Of a stretch of 64,000 nt of DNA, positions 1 to 9,915 are shown one piece after another (within the stretch, counting starts at the first letter, position 1; every line of letters begins with the position of its first letter). The notes beneath the pieces were generated by a model that saw only the letters and a list, made by a program, of their open reading frames with translations, had not been told where the DNA came from and ran no database searches. Source of the stretch: Phyllobates terribilis (Eukaryota); the NCBI RefSeq assembly GCF_046119375.1, contig NW_027362765.1:205840001-205904000 (forward strand). The letters run 5' to 3'. The position numbers and the translations under genes are program-made.

Positions 1-541
1 AACGACCTCGTTAGCGATTCAGAACTGAAAAACGTAGGCGTGCATAAATTGGACTTTTCTGCGCCCCTCGTCCCCGATTAGTAGTCGCTACAGCGTTCTC
101 ATTTTCCGCCGTGCATAAAGAAGCAACAGAATAGCGATTCCATCCTTTGTTTCTGACCTCGTGCTGGATTGCAGATCCTAGCAGAATTCTCCGGGCTGTT
201 GATATCCGCTCATTCGACTGAGTCCTGATTTTGCGGATCGTTGTAGCGTTCTCCGGCTGTGACTGGCCGTACATCTAGTCTTGTTCTTTTTATGTAATTT
301 TATGCACGCCTTTGTGACACAGTACAGTCCATATCAAGGTGTGGATCGTTGAAATAGCTGCTGTGTGAAAGCGTCCCAACGACCGCCGAGATCGTTAGTT
401 AGATCACTGGGGCTTCCGAAATCGTTGGGAAGTTCTGCATGTTTGACAGCTCCCCAGCGATCACAAAACGACTCTCCAGCGATCCCAAAACCGTGACGTA
501 ATAACGATCTTGCTAGCGATCTCGTTATGTGTGACGGGGCC
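1..541. mobile_element. Right end of a non-autonomous DNA transposon (T2/Kolobok- or Harbinger-like), cut by the window start
   Basis: CpG-rich segment with repeated (T)AGCGATC/AACGA motifs. It ends ...GTTATGTGTGACGGGGCC followed by TTAA (542-545). The family is assigned from recall of frog MITE termini. Confidence 0.45.
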
Positions 542-819
542 TTAAGCTAGGATTTACTTCTCCAGGAACATAGATTGTGTTTACTCACTTATCTCTGTAT
601 GTAAGTACCAAGATCTAGGCAAAGTTGTTTGCTTGCCCCCTTCCCCTCCTGGAGTCTGGGGCACATGTTTCACTGCCTCTACCCACCACACATAATTTTG
701 TTCACTCATTTTTCCAAGATGCAGATTACAAAAAGGAAGGAAAATCAAATAATTTTGGAAGAAAAATATTACAAATGATCAAAAAGATTTGCAGGACCCT
801 GGTCCAGCAGCCAAATGCT

Positions 820-1250
820 AGTAATAATTTTGCACAAATAAACTAGAAATTTTAATTAGAAACAAATACATATTTTATAGAGATGACCCAAAAAATGCAA
901 GGATCCTGGTCCACTGGTCACATTCGGTAGTCCGTGGCCAAGGAATCAAAAGCCTACGATTTTTCTCCTACCTGCCAGCATCACTGATGCCTCTTCTGAT
1001 TTGTAGCAATAGCGTGACATCATGCACATGTTTTGCCGGAAAAATAATGTTGTGCCGGTCCCACTAATCAGCAGAAGTGCCGTGGATGTCGCCAGGTAGG
1101 AGGAGGTTCGCAGGGCTCTGATCCGGCGGCTGTGGACTACCGATGTGGCTGCTGGACCAGGATCCTCCAATTTTTGGGTTCATCTCTATAAAATATGTAT
1201 ATTTTTTTCTATTTAAATTTCTAGTTTTTAATGGACAAAATTAATAAAAT
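820..1250. mobile_element. Palindromic (foldback) MITE-like element
   Basis: 841-913 (aactagaaat...ggatcctggtcca) is the reverse complement of 1153-1226. Pairing continues inward (ggtagtcc/ggactacc, ctcctacctg/caggtaggag). A partial third copy of the arm lies at ~765-825. Confidence 0.6.
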
Positions 1251-1889
1251 CAATTTTGAGGTGTTTGATCATTTAAGAGAATATAAATTGAATTTTTATA
1301 GAGTCATTAGAAGTTTTAGTGTGTATGTCCCCATGAAAACACACCTTGTTACTGGGACGGTTCAGTATTTCATAGCTTCCATGCAGATCTCATTAATTTT
1401 CTTATTGATGCTAAGTTATTGATTTTAATTGCTTGACATGACCCCTGGTGTCCCAATGATAACACTTCCTGTCCCATTACTTTGGCAGTCTGATGTCATG
1501 TGCTAAAGCTGCATAACTATCATTGATTTTTTTTATTTGTTTTGATTAGTTGCCATGTCATAAATTATACCACAGAGCTCCAGAGAAGAGAAGCAGGAAG
1601 TGTTGTCATGGGGACAAATATACAAATACACACTATATCAAGATAAGATATTTTTCTTTACAATTTGTAAAGCGGACCTGTCTCTAGAAAAACCATGCCC
1701 ATGTACTGTTACCACAGTCAGGCTCACTGCACTTCTTCCGATGCTTGTTGGGATGTTTCTGGACTCCTCCAACCTTTAAAAACAAACGCTCACATTTTAC
1801 ATCATATATGTAAATCATGTTAAAGGAGGAGTTCAGAAGGCTTGCACTTCATCACTATTGAGTTCCATCTGCTCCATCCTGCCCTCAGC

Positions 1890-2466
1890 TGTCACGCAAG
1901 GTGTGGGGAAGATTAAGTGCAACACAAAGGGAAGAGGAGGAGGAAGCCCAAACAATAGGGAAAGGGAGAGTGGAGACCCCTAGGAAGAGCTAATATCACC
2001 CTGCCTACCCTACCGTCCCTATATAGGTTCCACACCTATCGCCGAGCAGGACCCTAAGCCCTGGATGTCCCTAGAGCTTGGCCCTAGATAGGGAGGGGAA
2101 GGGGTGAGCACTGGTCAGTCCCCTCTACAAACTAAAGACAACAAGGAAGACAAACAAAGGGGATAAGCTTAGTTTGAGCAGACACTAGAGGAGAAACTGT
2201 CTTCCAAGGGCACCAGAGAAGTAGCTAGCCGACTGCTAGTGCTCCAAGCCTGCACAAAGGTAGAAAGACGTATGACCGGCGATTCCCTGGAGCAAACTGA
2301 TTATTTTTAACTCCCATGCAAGTGTGTGTCAATCCGCAGCTGGAGGGAGGTCTCCTCTGGGTCCAAAAGGAAGAAGGATTAAGAAGGCGTCTGTAATCCC
2401 AAGCGCAGTGACCTTCTACAACCAGATCCAGAGCAACTGTCTATTACACCTGACACACCCGTGACA
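1890..2466. mobile_element. Solo LTR (577 bp), probably Gypsy type
   Basis: Termini TGTCACG...CGTGACA form a 7-bp inverted repeat (TG...CA). They are flanked by a perfect 5-bp TSD TCAGC (1885-1889, 2467-2471). Confidence 0.85.
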
Positions 2467-2764
2467 TCAGCCTTTTGATCAACAGTCAAGACCCTCCAGA
2501 GGGTTGTGCAAAAATTTAGTGATTTGTGGTCGTCACCACGTCAACCCATCAAATTCATTAAGAGTGCCAGCACTTTGAAAGCCAGAAATGCCACTTCAGT
2601 CACTGACTGGAATAGCATTTCTGGTGCAGTGCACAGAGGTATATGACACTCAGAAGATCCACCAAAATTATTAAGTGGTGTGCACCTCTTTATGAATTTT
2701 GTGCTTTCTTCTACAGCAAGACTGGGTATGCGCAACACCAGTCTTGACGAATCAGCCCCATAAT

Positions 2765-3838
2765 ATATAATATAACTAGGGATGTGTCCTTCTGTCTGAA
2801 GCCTCTATAGACTGCGCAAGCACACTGCACCTGCGCAGTGTGGCCGGAGACAAAAAGACACATCCCAGACAGGGAAGAGGAGGAGTGTGGCACCGGAGAT
2901 AGCAGTATGCGTAGGCGCTGACCGCATACCGCAATCTCCAGTGCCAGTGGGGACAGACTATGTTCTTCAGAGAGACCGGAGGAGGAAAGTGGCACCAGAG
3001 TCTGTGCCTGCACATAGAGCAGACAATAAAAAAAAATGGCCAAAGAATCAGCACGTGTGTATATTGAGCTATCCAGCACCATTTTGTTGAATAGGAGTAT
3101 TTTTTTTTATTTATGGACGGATGGGGAACGTATACCAGTATGGGGGATCAGGATTGGGGACCAGAATTGGAGAGCGTATACCAGGATGGGGTACCAGAAT
3201 TGCAGAGCATTTACCAGGATGGGGGAGCATATACCAGGATTGGGGACTAGGATTGGGGAGCATATAACAGGATGGGGGAAAGCATATACCAGGATGGGAG
3301 AGCATATACCAGGATGGGGGATCAGGATTGGGGACCAGAATTGGAGAGCGTATACCAGGATGGGGTACCAGAATTGCAGAGCATATACCAGGATGGGGGA
3401 GCATATACCAGGATTGGGGACTAGGATTGGGGAGCATATAACAGGATGGGGGAAAGCATATACCAGGATTGGGGAAAGCATATACCAGGATTGGGGAGCA
3501 TATACCAGCATTGGGGAGCATATACCAGGATGGGGGAAAGCATATACCAGGATGGGGGAGCATGGACCAGGATGGGGGGCATATACCAGGATGGGGACCA
3601 GGATTGGGGAACATATACCAGGATAGGGGATCAGGATGGGGGAAGGTATACCAGGATAGGGGATCAGGATGGGGATAGCATATACCAGGATGGGGGAGCA
3701 TATACCAGATTTGGGGACCAGGATTGGGGAGCATATACCAGGATAGGGGACCAGAATGGGAGAGCATATATCAGGATAGGGGACCATATACCAATAAAAA
3801 TGCTCGCCACCTGGGCGTAGAACGGGTTCAATAGCTAG
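2765..3838 (+). mobile_element. Non-autonomous Helitron-like element carrying a minisatellite
   Basis: The 3' end has an imperfect GC hairpin (acctgggcgtagaacgggt), then a short spacer and CTAG|T at 3835-3839, which is the typical Helitron terminus. The 5' boundary is uncertain. Confidence 0.55.
3115..3792 (+). repeat. G-rich minisatellite, core ~19-20 bp (gcatataccaggatggggga) with ggattggggacca variants
   Basis: Dozens of copies of ATACCAGGAT(G/T)GGGG are directly visible. 3130-3293 is repeated at about 3312-3475. Confidence 0.9.
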
Positions 3839-4670
3839 TGTACACATAAGCTGATTTACCCTTCTGAATATGGTTTGTGTTAGACACTGCTATTACTCAC
3901 AAAGTTCTTCTGGAAGTCGGGATCTGTCTTACTATAGTGCTATGGAGGCAGCAGCTTCAACAGAACTTCTGCAAGATTTCAGCAGCGGGCGCAGTGCGGA
4001 GAACAGTGAAAAGAACTTGTCAATCCAGCTGGGTGGGAGGAGATAGAGTTTGCAGCCTAAATACACTTGGACTCAAAAAATCTGGCAGTGTGTAGTATGA
4101 TTAAAGAGTAATTCTGTGATGGATTTGCAAAGTAAGTACATCAGAACTATTTCATGATGTTTGCAGATGATCTTGTTAGAGCTAGATCTGGTGAGAAATC
4201 CTCTTTAACGGGACTATATCATAAAAAAAATTGTTTTCAACAATTGAAGAAATGTAAAGTATTAATGTTTTAATAAAAAAACATATGAAAATGTTTTGAT
4301 TTTTTTCACTGTTAAACACTAGGGGTAGCAGCTGCTGAAATTTGCCATGAAAACTCCTAGCTCATTTTACAACTGCAGTAAAAGTGGGCAGGATCTGCTC
4401 ACATATGTCTGATATCACTCCTCCCTTTCTGGACATTTGCAAAAGGATAAGAGGATGAAGTTTAAGTGTGGAGTCATATTGTTGGTGATTGCAATGTGAT
4501 ACTGACATGTGGAAAGTGTTACCGAGGACGGCTGGCAGCGCCAATTCTGTTAGTTGCTGCTGCTCGCTGTATCACTCGCTGGGATTAGATACACGGTGTG
4601 TATCACATGCTGAGATTAGATACACATCCGTGTTCTACGATCTTGTTCTGCTCCATCACATTTTTTATGG

Positions 4671-4812
4671 CAGGGATCAGCAACCTTCTGCACTCCAGCC
4701 ATTGTGAAACTACAATTGTCAGCATTCCCCGACAGTCACAGGCTATCAGGTGGCTGTCATGGCATGTTGGCAGTTGTACTTTCACAAATGCAGGAGTGCC
4801 AAAGGATGTGTA
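4671..4812. mobile_element. Short palindromic MITE (hAT-like CAGGG end)
   Basis: cagggatcagcaacc..gcactccagc..tgtgaaactacaa pairs with ttgtactttcaca..gcaggagtgccaaagg. Confidence 0.55.
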
Positions 4813-6984
4813 TGGTGACACTAATGTCTGTAAAAATAAAAATAATTGCTGTGCCATGGTCTGCCCTTGGGTTTACCGGTGTTTGAGGACAGAATGGTAT
4901 GGTCCATATATTAATAAAGTCACAAAGAACATCCCTTTTATCACTTTTTCTGCAGGTTCTTTTTAATCCTTAAATTATACCCCAATAAGTAAGTCACATT
5001 TTATCAACACCCAATTCTGTCATTACGCCGACCCCGGCTGTAGGTCAGTTCTTCTCTGTACTGTCACATTATCCCATGTCCATCTTGTAAGGTGACTTTT
5101 TATTGAGCTGAACCTTTTATCTGGTTCCACATGTCATTTATGCATTGCACAATAACTTTTGCCAATAAACGGTTATTTATGGTCGCTGAGATCCAGCACA
5201 TTTAACGTGTCAGCGACTTTACGTCCCACATAAGGGATGACCCTGATATCTATGAAACATCTCCTGACCATAAGGGCACTCTGTTTCTTAATCAGCCAGA
5301 CACTTCACCCTGTTAAACATAGTGTTGCCATTAACTCAAGTGTAACTAACCCTGTAATACGGTCGTAAACTGGTAGACCCAATGAGAAAATAAAAAGAAA
5401 CAAAAAAAATTACTTTTGAATTTTTCAAAAACACCTTGAAAAATAATAATAAAAAAAGACCCTGAGATGTTTCTCCACATGTCTAACTGCTCAGCCACAA
5501 TTATTTATTTTCAAACAGTCTTTTGGGGGTAATGTTCCATTTTCTTATTTCACACTCCTTTTTCTCATAAATGAACCATCGCTTCCATAAATCATTATGA
5601 AAACAGAGACTAACGCTGAGCCTGAAAGGTTGAGAGATTTATGTAACACGTTTATGTTTCCAATTTTCTCATCCCGGAGCCGAGCCTGCTACAGCTAAGC
5701 TAATAAAGGCAACTATTAATATTTCTTGTTGCCCGGCAACCATAGGGGAGAGAGTAATGGCTTGAGCTTGGAAAATAGATGACCGATAAGAGAAAAAAAA
5801 AATTTCAATTCTTTTATCATCTCTAGGGAAAGAGGTTTCACACATACATGATGATGAATGAGGGAGAGGCCAAGGGGGAGAAAAAAATACATATATATTT
5901 ATATTTCTTCTTTTCATACATTATGTCCATAGAAAATATGTGTTGAGATCAACATAAAAGCACACACACAAAAAAAATCCCAAAATAGTTGACATATTTT
6001 TTCATAAGCCATTATTTACCCTTCAAACATTCTTCAGCGTGGTAAGAGTTAATGGCAATTGAACCACCCGTGCTTGGAAATATCACATTTCTGCCATAAA
6101 TTTTGCATTTTCCTGAGGAATCTTATTACAATATTTATTCAATATGTTTCATTATGGAGAAAATTTGCATTTGTTTGGATTTGCATGAAGGCCCCGAGTA
6201 GTAAGGACCATTTATAACTTGCTAGTGAACACACTGACAGGCTTCATATATACAGCACACCCTAAACATGAAAAATATCCCCCCCCCTCTACTAATAACT
6301 CTTACATTCCCAGACGACACATTTAATATTAAAAATTCCACTTTAGATTTAATTCAAAATATATATATATTTTATTTTTTTAATACAAGGAACATTTCTG
6401 GGAGCAGAATTTCTTTTATATTGTATTTTATAATATTTTATTACTTTCATATATATGGCCTAATTGGAATCCGATGACAATACATCTCTTGAATATGTAA
6501 GCGACTTATTAATGCCACATTCACTGAGCATTGTAAATGACGAGATTTATAAAGAAAGCAAATAATAAAAAACAAAGCAAAGAGGTGCAACTTAATTGTA
6601 TAATTTAGCATAAAGCAATGAAGGCTTCATCGCCATGCGAAAAGCTGTCAGTTCTTCTAATATTCCTGAGAACTCATGAGCAAATAAAACGGCATATATT
6701 ATTTATATGGGGATTAATAAAATGATTATCAACTTTAAAATTCTGATTAAAAAAAGTAAATAGGAGATCATTAGATTAACCGGCTTCAGAATTGATGGAA
6801 TAAGATTAAGATGATTTTATCACGTTATTTTTTTTTTCAATTATTTTGTAGATTGAGGAAGGAAATGTTATACACTTCAATGACACAAATGCCATAGATT
6901 ATATAAATAGCATACAATATAGCATACAAGCATGAAATTTTAGCCTACGTGGAACAGACTTGTTTTACTAACACATCCCACAGA

Positions 6985-7866
6985 CGAAATTAAGATCTGG
7001 AGGACTTTGTGGCCAACTCATCACCTTGATCTCTGTCATGTTCCTCAAACCATTTCTGGACAACTTTAGCTTGGCAGTGGCATTATCCTGCTGAAATAGA
7101 CCACCGCCAGAAAGGAATATTGTCATGAAGGATTTAGTTGATCAGCACAATGTTTAGGGGTTACATGTCAAATTAAGATCCACAAGAATGTAAGAAGTTA
7201 GCCTGGAGCATTACACTGCTTTTGTTGGCTTGTCTTCTTCACAGACATCATTGTACAATCTCTTCCCCAGGTAAGTCATGCACTGGACATTTCACACAAT
7301 GTAAAAGCTGACATGATTTTTCAGGCCAGGCCTTCTTGTATAGTTACTTGGTCCAGTTTTGATACTCACATGAAAATGTTAGGATGCTTTCTGTGGTAGA
7401 CAAGGGACAGCATGGATACTCTGTCCATTGTACTGCTAAGCAGTTCCATGCACATCATACTGCAATGCACTACATGTTCCAACACTTTCCTATCATAGTC
7501 GATTCACTAAACCATTTGGACAGATGTCTGTCCAGCCTCTGTTTGAAGACTTCCATTGAGAGGTGGTGAGTTGTCCTTCAATGGAAGTCTTCAAACAGAG
7601 ACTGGACAGAGTTATGTCTGAGATGGTTTAGTGAATCCTGTATTGAGCAGGGGGTTGGACCAGATGATCCTGGAGGTCCTCTCCAACTCTAACATTCTAT
7701 GATTCTATGAATTGGTGCTACAGTAACCCTTCTGTGAAATCGGACTAGACAGGCTAGCCTTTTCTACCCCTACAGATCAATAAGCCCTGGGTACACATGA
7801 CCCTGTTGCCGTTCATCTGTTGTCCTTTCTTGGACCATTTTTGGTAGGTACTAACTACTGCATACC
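6985..7866 (-). pseudogene. Old degraded Tc1 transposase remnant, interrupted by a CR1 fragment
   Basis: The minus strand reads FQQDNA (~7085-7100), then after a frameshift KAKVVQKWFEEHD. Boundaries are approximate. Confidence 0.55.
7501..7711 (+). mobile_element. CR1 3'-end fragment with an inverted duplicate (hairpin)
   Basis: 7560-7709 matches the 3' end of the full-length CR1 (12630-12780), including the (ATTCTATG)2 tail. 7501-7559 is an inverted copy of 7578-7637. Confidence 0.85.
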
Positions 7867-8026
7867 TACAAATGCAAGAGGATAAAAAATTAATTAGTAT
7901 AAATTTTACCATATATATAAAATGCCCTCAACTGCTAGTGATGCATTTTTTGTTTGTAGAGATGAGGGAATTTTTTATATACAGGGTGGTCCAAAAGTAG
8001 GTGGACAGAAAGTGTAAGGTTATGAA

Positions 8027-8205
8027 GGGGGAGATTTATCAAACATGGTGTAAAGTGTAACTGGCTCAGTTGCCCTTAGCAACCAATCAGATTCCACTTT
8101 TCATTCCTCACAGACTCTTTGGAAAATGAAAGTTGAAATCTGATTGGTTGCTAAGGGCAACTGAGCCAGTTTCACAGATCTAGTTTTCACAGATAGATCT
8201 CCCCC
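8027..8205. mobile_element. ~180-bp palindromic MITE (GGGGGAGATTTATC...GATAGATCTCCCCC)
   Basis: Inverted arms actggctcagttgcccttagcaaccaatcagatt / aatctgattggttgctaagggcaactgagccagt. Confidence 0.8.
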
Positions 8206-8249
8206 AAATCTGTTTTCTTTTCAGATAATTCAGGTAACACATAATGGCA

Positions 8250-8757
8250 AAACCAGGGGAGGAGTCCTGAGGAGATAATTTGCATATTCCCACTGCATTT
8301 TGGGGTAAGTGAAGAGTCTCCGCGAGCTCAAAGAACACTGGATTTTGGCTGTTGGAGCTGAAAAGAGGACATCGGTAAACCAGGGGAGGAGTCCTGAGGA
8401 GATAATTTGCATATTCCCACTGCATTTTGGGGTAAGTGAAGAGTCTCCGCGAGCTCAAAGAACACTGGATTTTGGCTGTTGGAGCTGAAAAGAGGACATC
8501 GGTAAACCAGGGGAGGAGTCCTGAGGAGATAATTTGCATATTCCCACTGCATTTTGGGGTAAGTGAAGAGTCTCCGCGAGCTCAAAGAACACTGGATTTT
8601 GGCTGTTGGAGCTGAAAAGAGGACATCGGTAAACCAGGGGAGGAGTCCTGAGGAGATAATTTGCATATTCCCACTGCATTTTGGGGTAAGTGAAGAGTCT
8701 CCGCGAGCTCAAAGAACACTGGATTTTGGCTGTTGGAGCTGAAAAGAGGACATCGGT
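8250..8757 (+). repeat. Four tandem 127-bp monomers forming the CR1 5' UTR
   Basis: Copies start at 8250, 8377, 8504 and 8631 and appear identical. Each contains the octamer ATTTGCAT and a GG|GTAAGT motif. Confidence 0.95.
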
Positions 8758-8830
8758 AAACCGCGCGCCTGCATTTTGAAGCTTTTTTTTAAGCTTTTTT
8801 CACTGTTTTCAGAACATTAACAATAAGAAC

Positions 8831-9793
8831 ATGGAAGAGTCCAGGAGCCATTTGGTGAGCTGCATATCCTGCTACATGTTCACAGACTTGCCAGTGGAAA
8901 AGCCAAACTTCACATGCCAGAAATGCAAGCTTGTGTCCCTGTTGGAGGAAAAGTTGCGAAATCTAGGAGAGAGGTTAACTACCTTGAAAATCATTAAGGA
9001 AGGTGAAGAGTTCTTAGACAGAGCAGAATTATCTCTTCATGATTCAGAAAGAGAAGAAATTCGAACTGCACCTGACGAAACAGAGGAATGGAAGCATGTG
9101 ACCCACAGAAGCAGGAGGATCGAGAGGCAGTCAGCACCCATACTGCTCAGGAACCAGTACCAGGCTCTCACGCAGGAGAACCATGAAGAAATACAGCAAA
9201 ATAAGACTTTGCCAGCAATGAATAACCTTGTAAGCCCTCAGAATCCTCCTGGATGGAGAAAGAAGAATGTTGTGAAGAAAAAACGGAGAGTGGTGGTCAT
9301 GGGGGATTCCCTGTTAAGAGGAACAGAGGCCGCTATCTGCAGACCAGACATAACCTCAAGAGAAATGTGCTGTCTTCCAGGAGCAAAAATTAAAGATGTG
9401 TCTGACAGGATATCAAGACTCTTCAGACCTACAGATCACTACCCATTCCTGCTAATACATGTGGGGACAAATGACACCGCAAGAAAGGACCTGGAAACCA
9501 TCTGCAGTGACTTTGAAGACTTAGGCAAGAAAGTGAAAGAATTGGGAGCGCAGGTGGTCTTCTCATCCATCCTCCCAGTGGATGGCCATGGAACAATGAG
9601 GTGGAATAAGATTCTACAGGTGAACAACTGGCTACGTCGATGGTGCCGTCAACAAGGATTTGGATTTCTGGATCACGGAATGAATTACCTATACGATGGA
9701 CTACTTGCTAGAGATGGGATGCACCTTACGAAGACTGGAAAACATGTATTTGGAAGTCGCCTTGCTACACTCATCAGAAGAGCTTTAAACTAG
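8831..9793 (+). CDS. CR1 ORF1p (320 aa): Cys-rich/coiled-coil N-terminus plus SGNH/GDSL esterase domain
   Basis: Intact ORF with CISC...CQKC, GDSLLRG, HVGTND and DGMHL motifs, ending RALN* as is typical for CR1. Confidence 0.9.
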   Translation: MEESRSHLVSCISCYMFTDLPVEKPNFTCQKCKLVSLLEEKLRNLGERLTTLKIIKEGEEFLDRAELSLHDSEREEIRTAPDETEEWKHVTHRSRRIERQSAPILLRNQYQALTQENHEEIQQNKTLPAMNNLVSPQNPPGWRKKNVVKKKRRVVVMGDSLLRGTEAAICRPDITSREMCCLPGAKIKDVSDRISRLFRPTDHYPFLLIHVGTNDTARKDLETICSDFEDLGKKVKELGAQVVFSSILPVDGHGTMRWNKILQVNNWLRRWCRQQGFGFLDHGMNYLYDGLLARDGMHLTKTGKHVFGSRLATLIRRALN

Positions 9794-9915
9794 AACAATG
9801 TGGGAAGGGAAGCAAAAGGCCAGAAAAAGCCATACAGCTGACAAATATTATTGAGATCTCTGCTACTGGAAGTGGAAAGGAAGAACAAAGACAAAACAAT
9901 TTAAATAATAAAAAT

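Noticed and set aside
11-274. Minus-strand 87-aa ORF ending GRGAQKSPIYARLRF, faintly like a Harbinger Myb/MADF C-terminus
   Set aside because: No conserved Trp pattern is visible; the similarity is too weak to call.
3036-3847. Several long overlapping ORFs on both strands
   Set aside because: They are by-products of a stop-poor minisatellite, with no protein family features.
8225-8233. Apparent 9-nt microexon (ttttcag ATAATTCAG gtaac)
   Set aside because: It is created by the CR1 insertion junction (TSD plus element start) and has no TOX2 homology.
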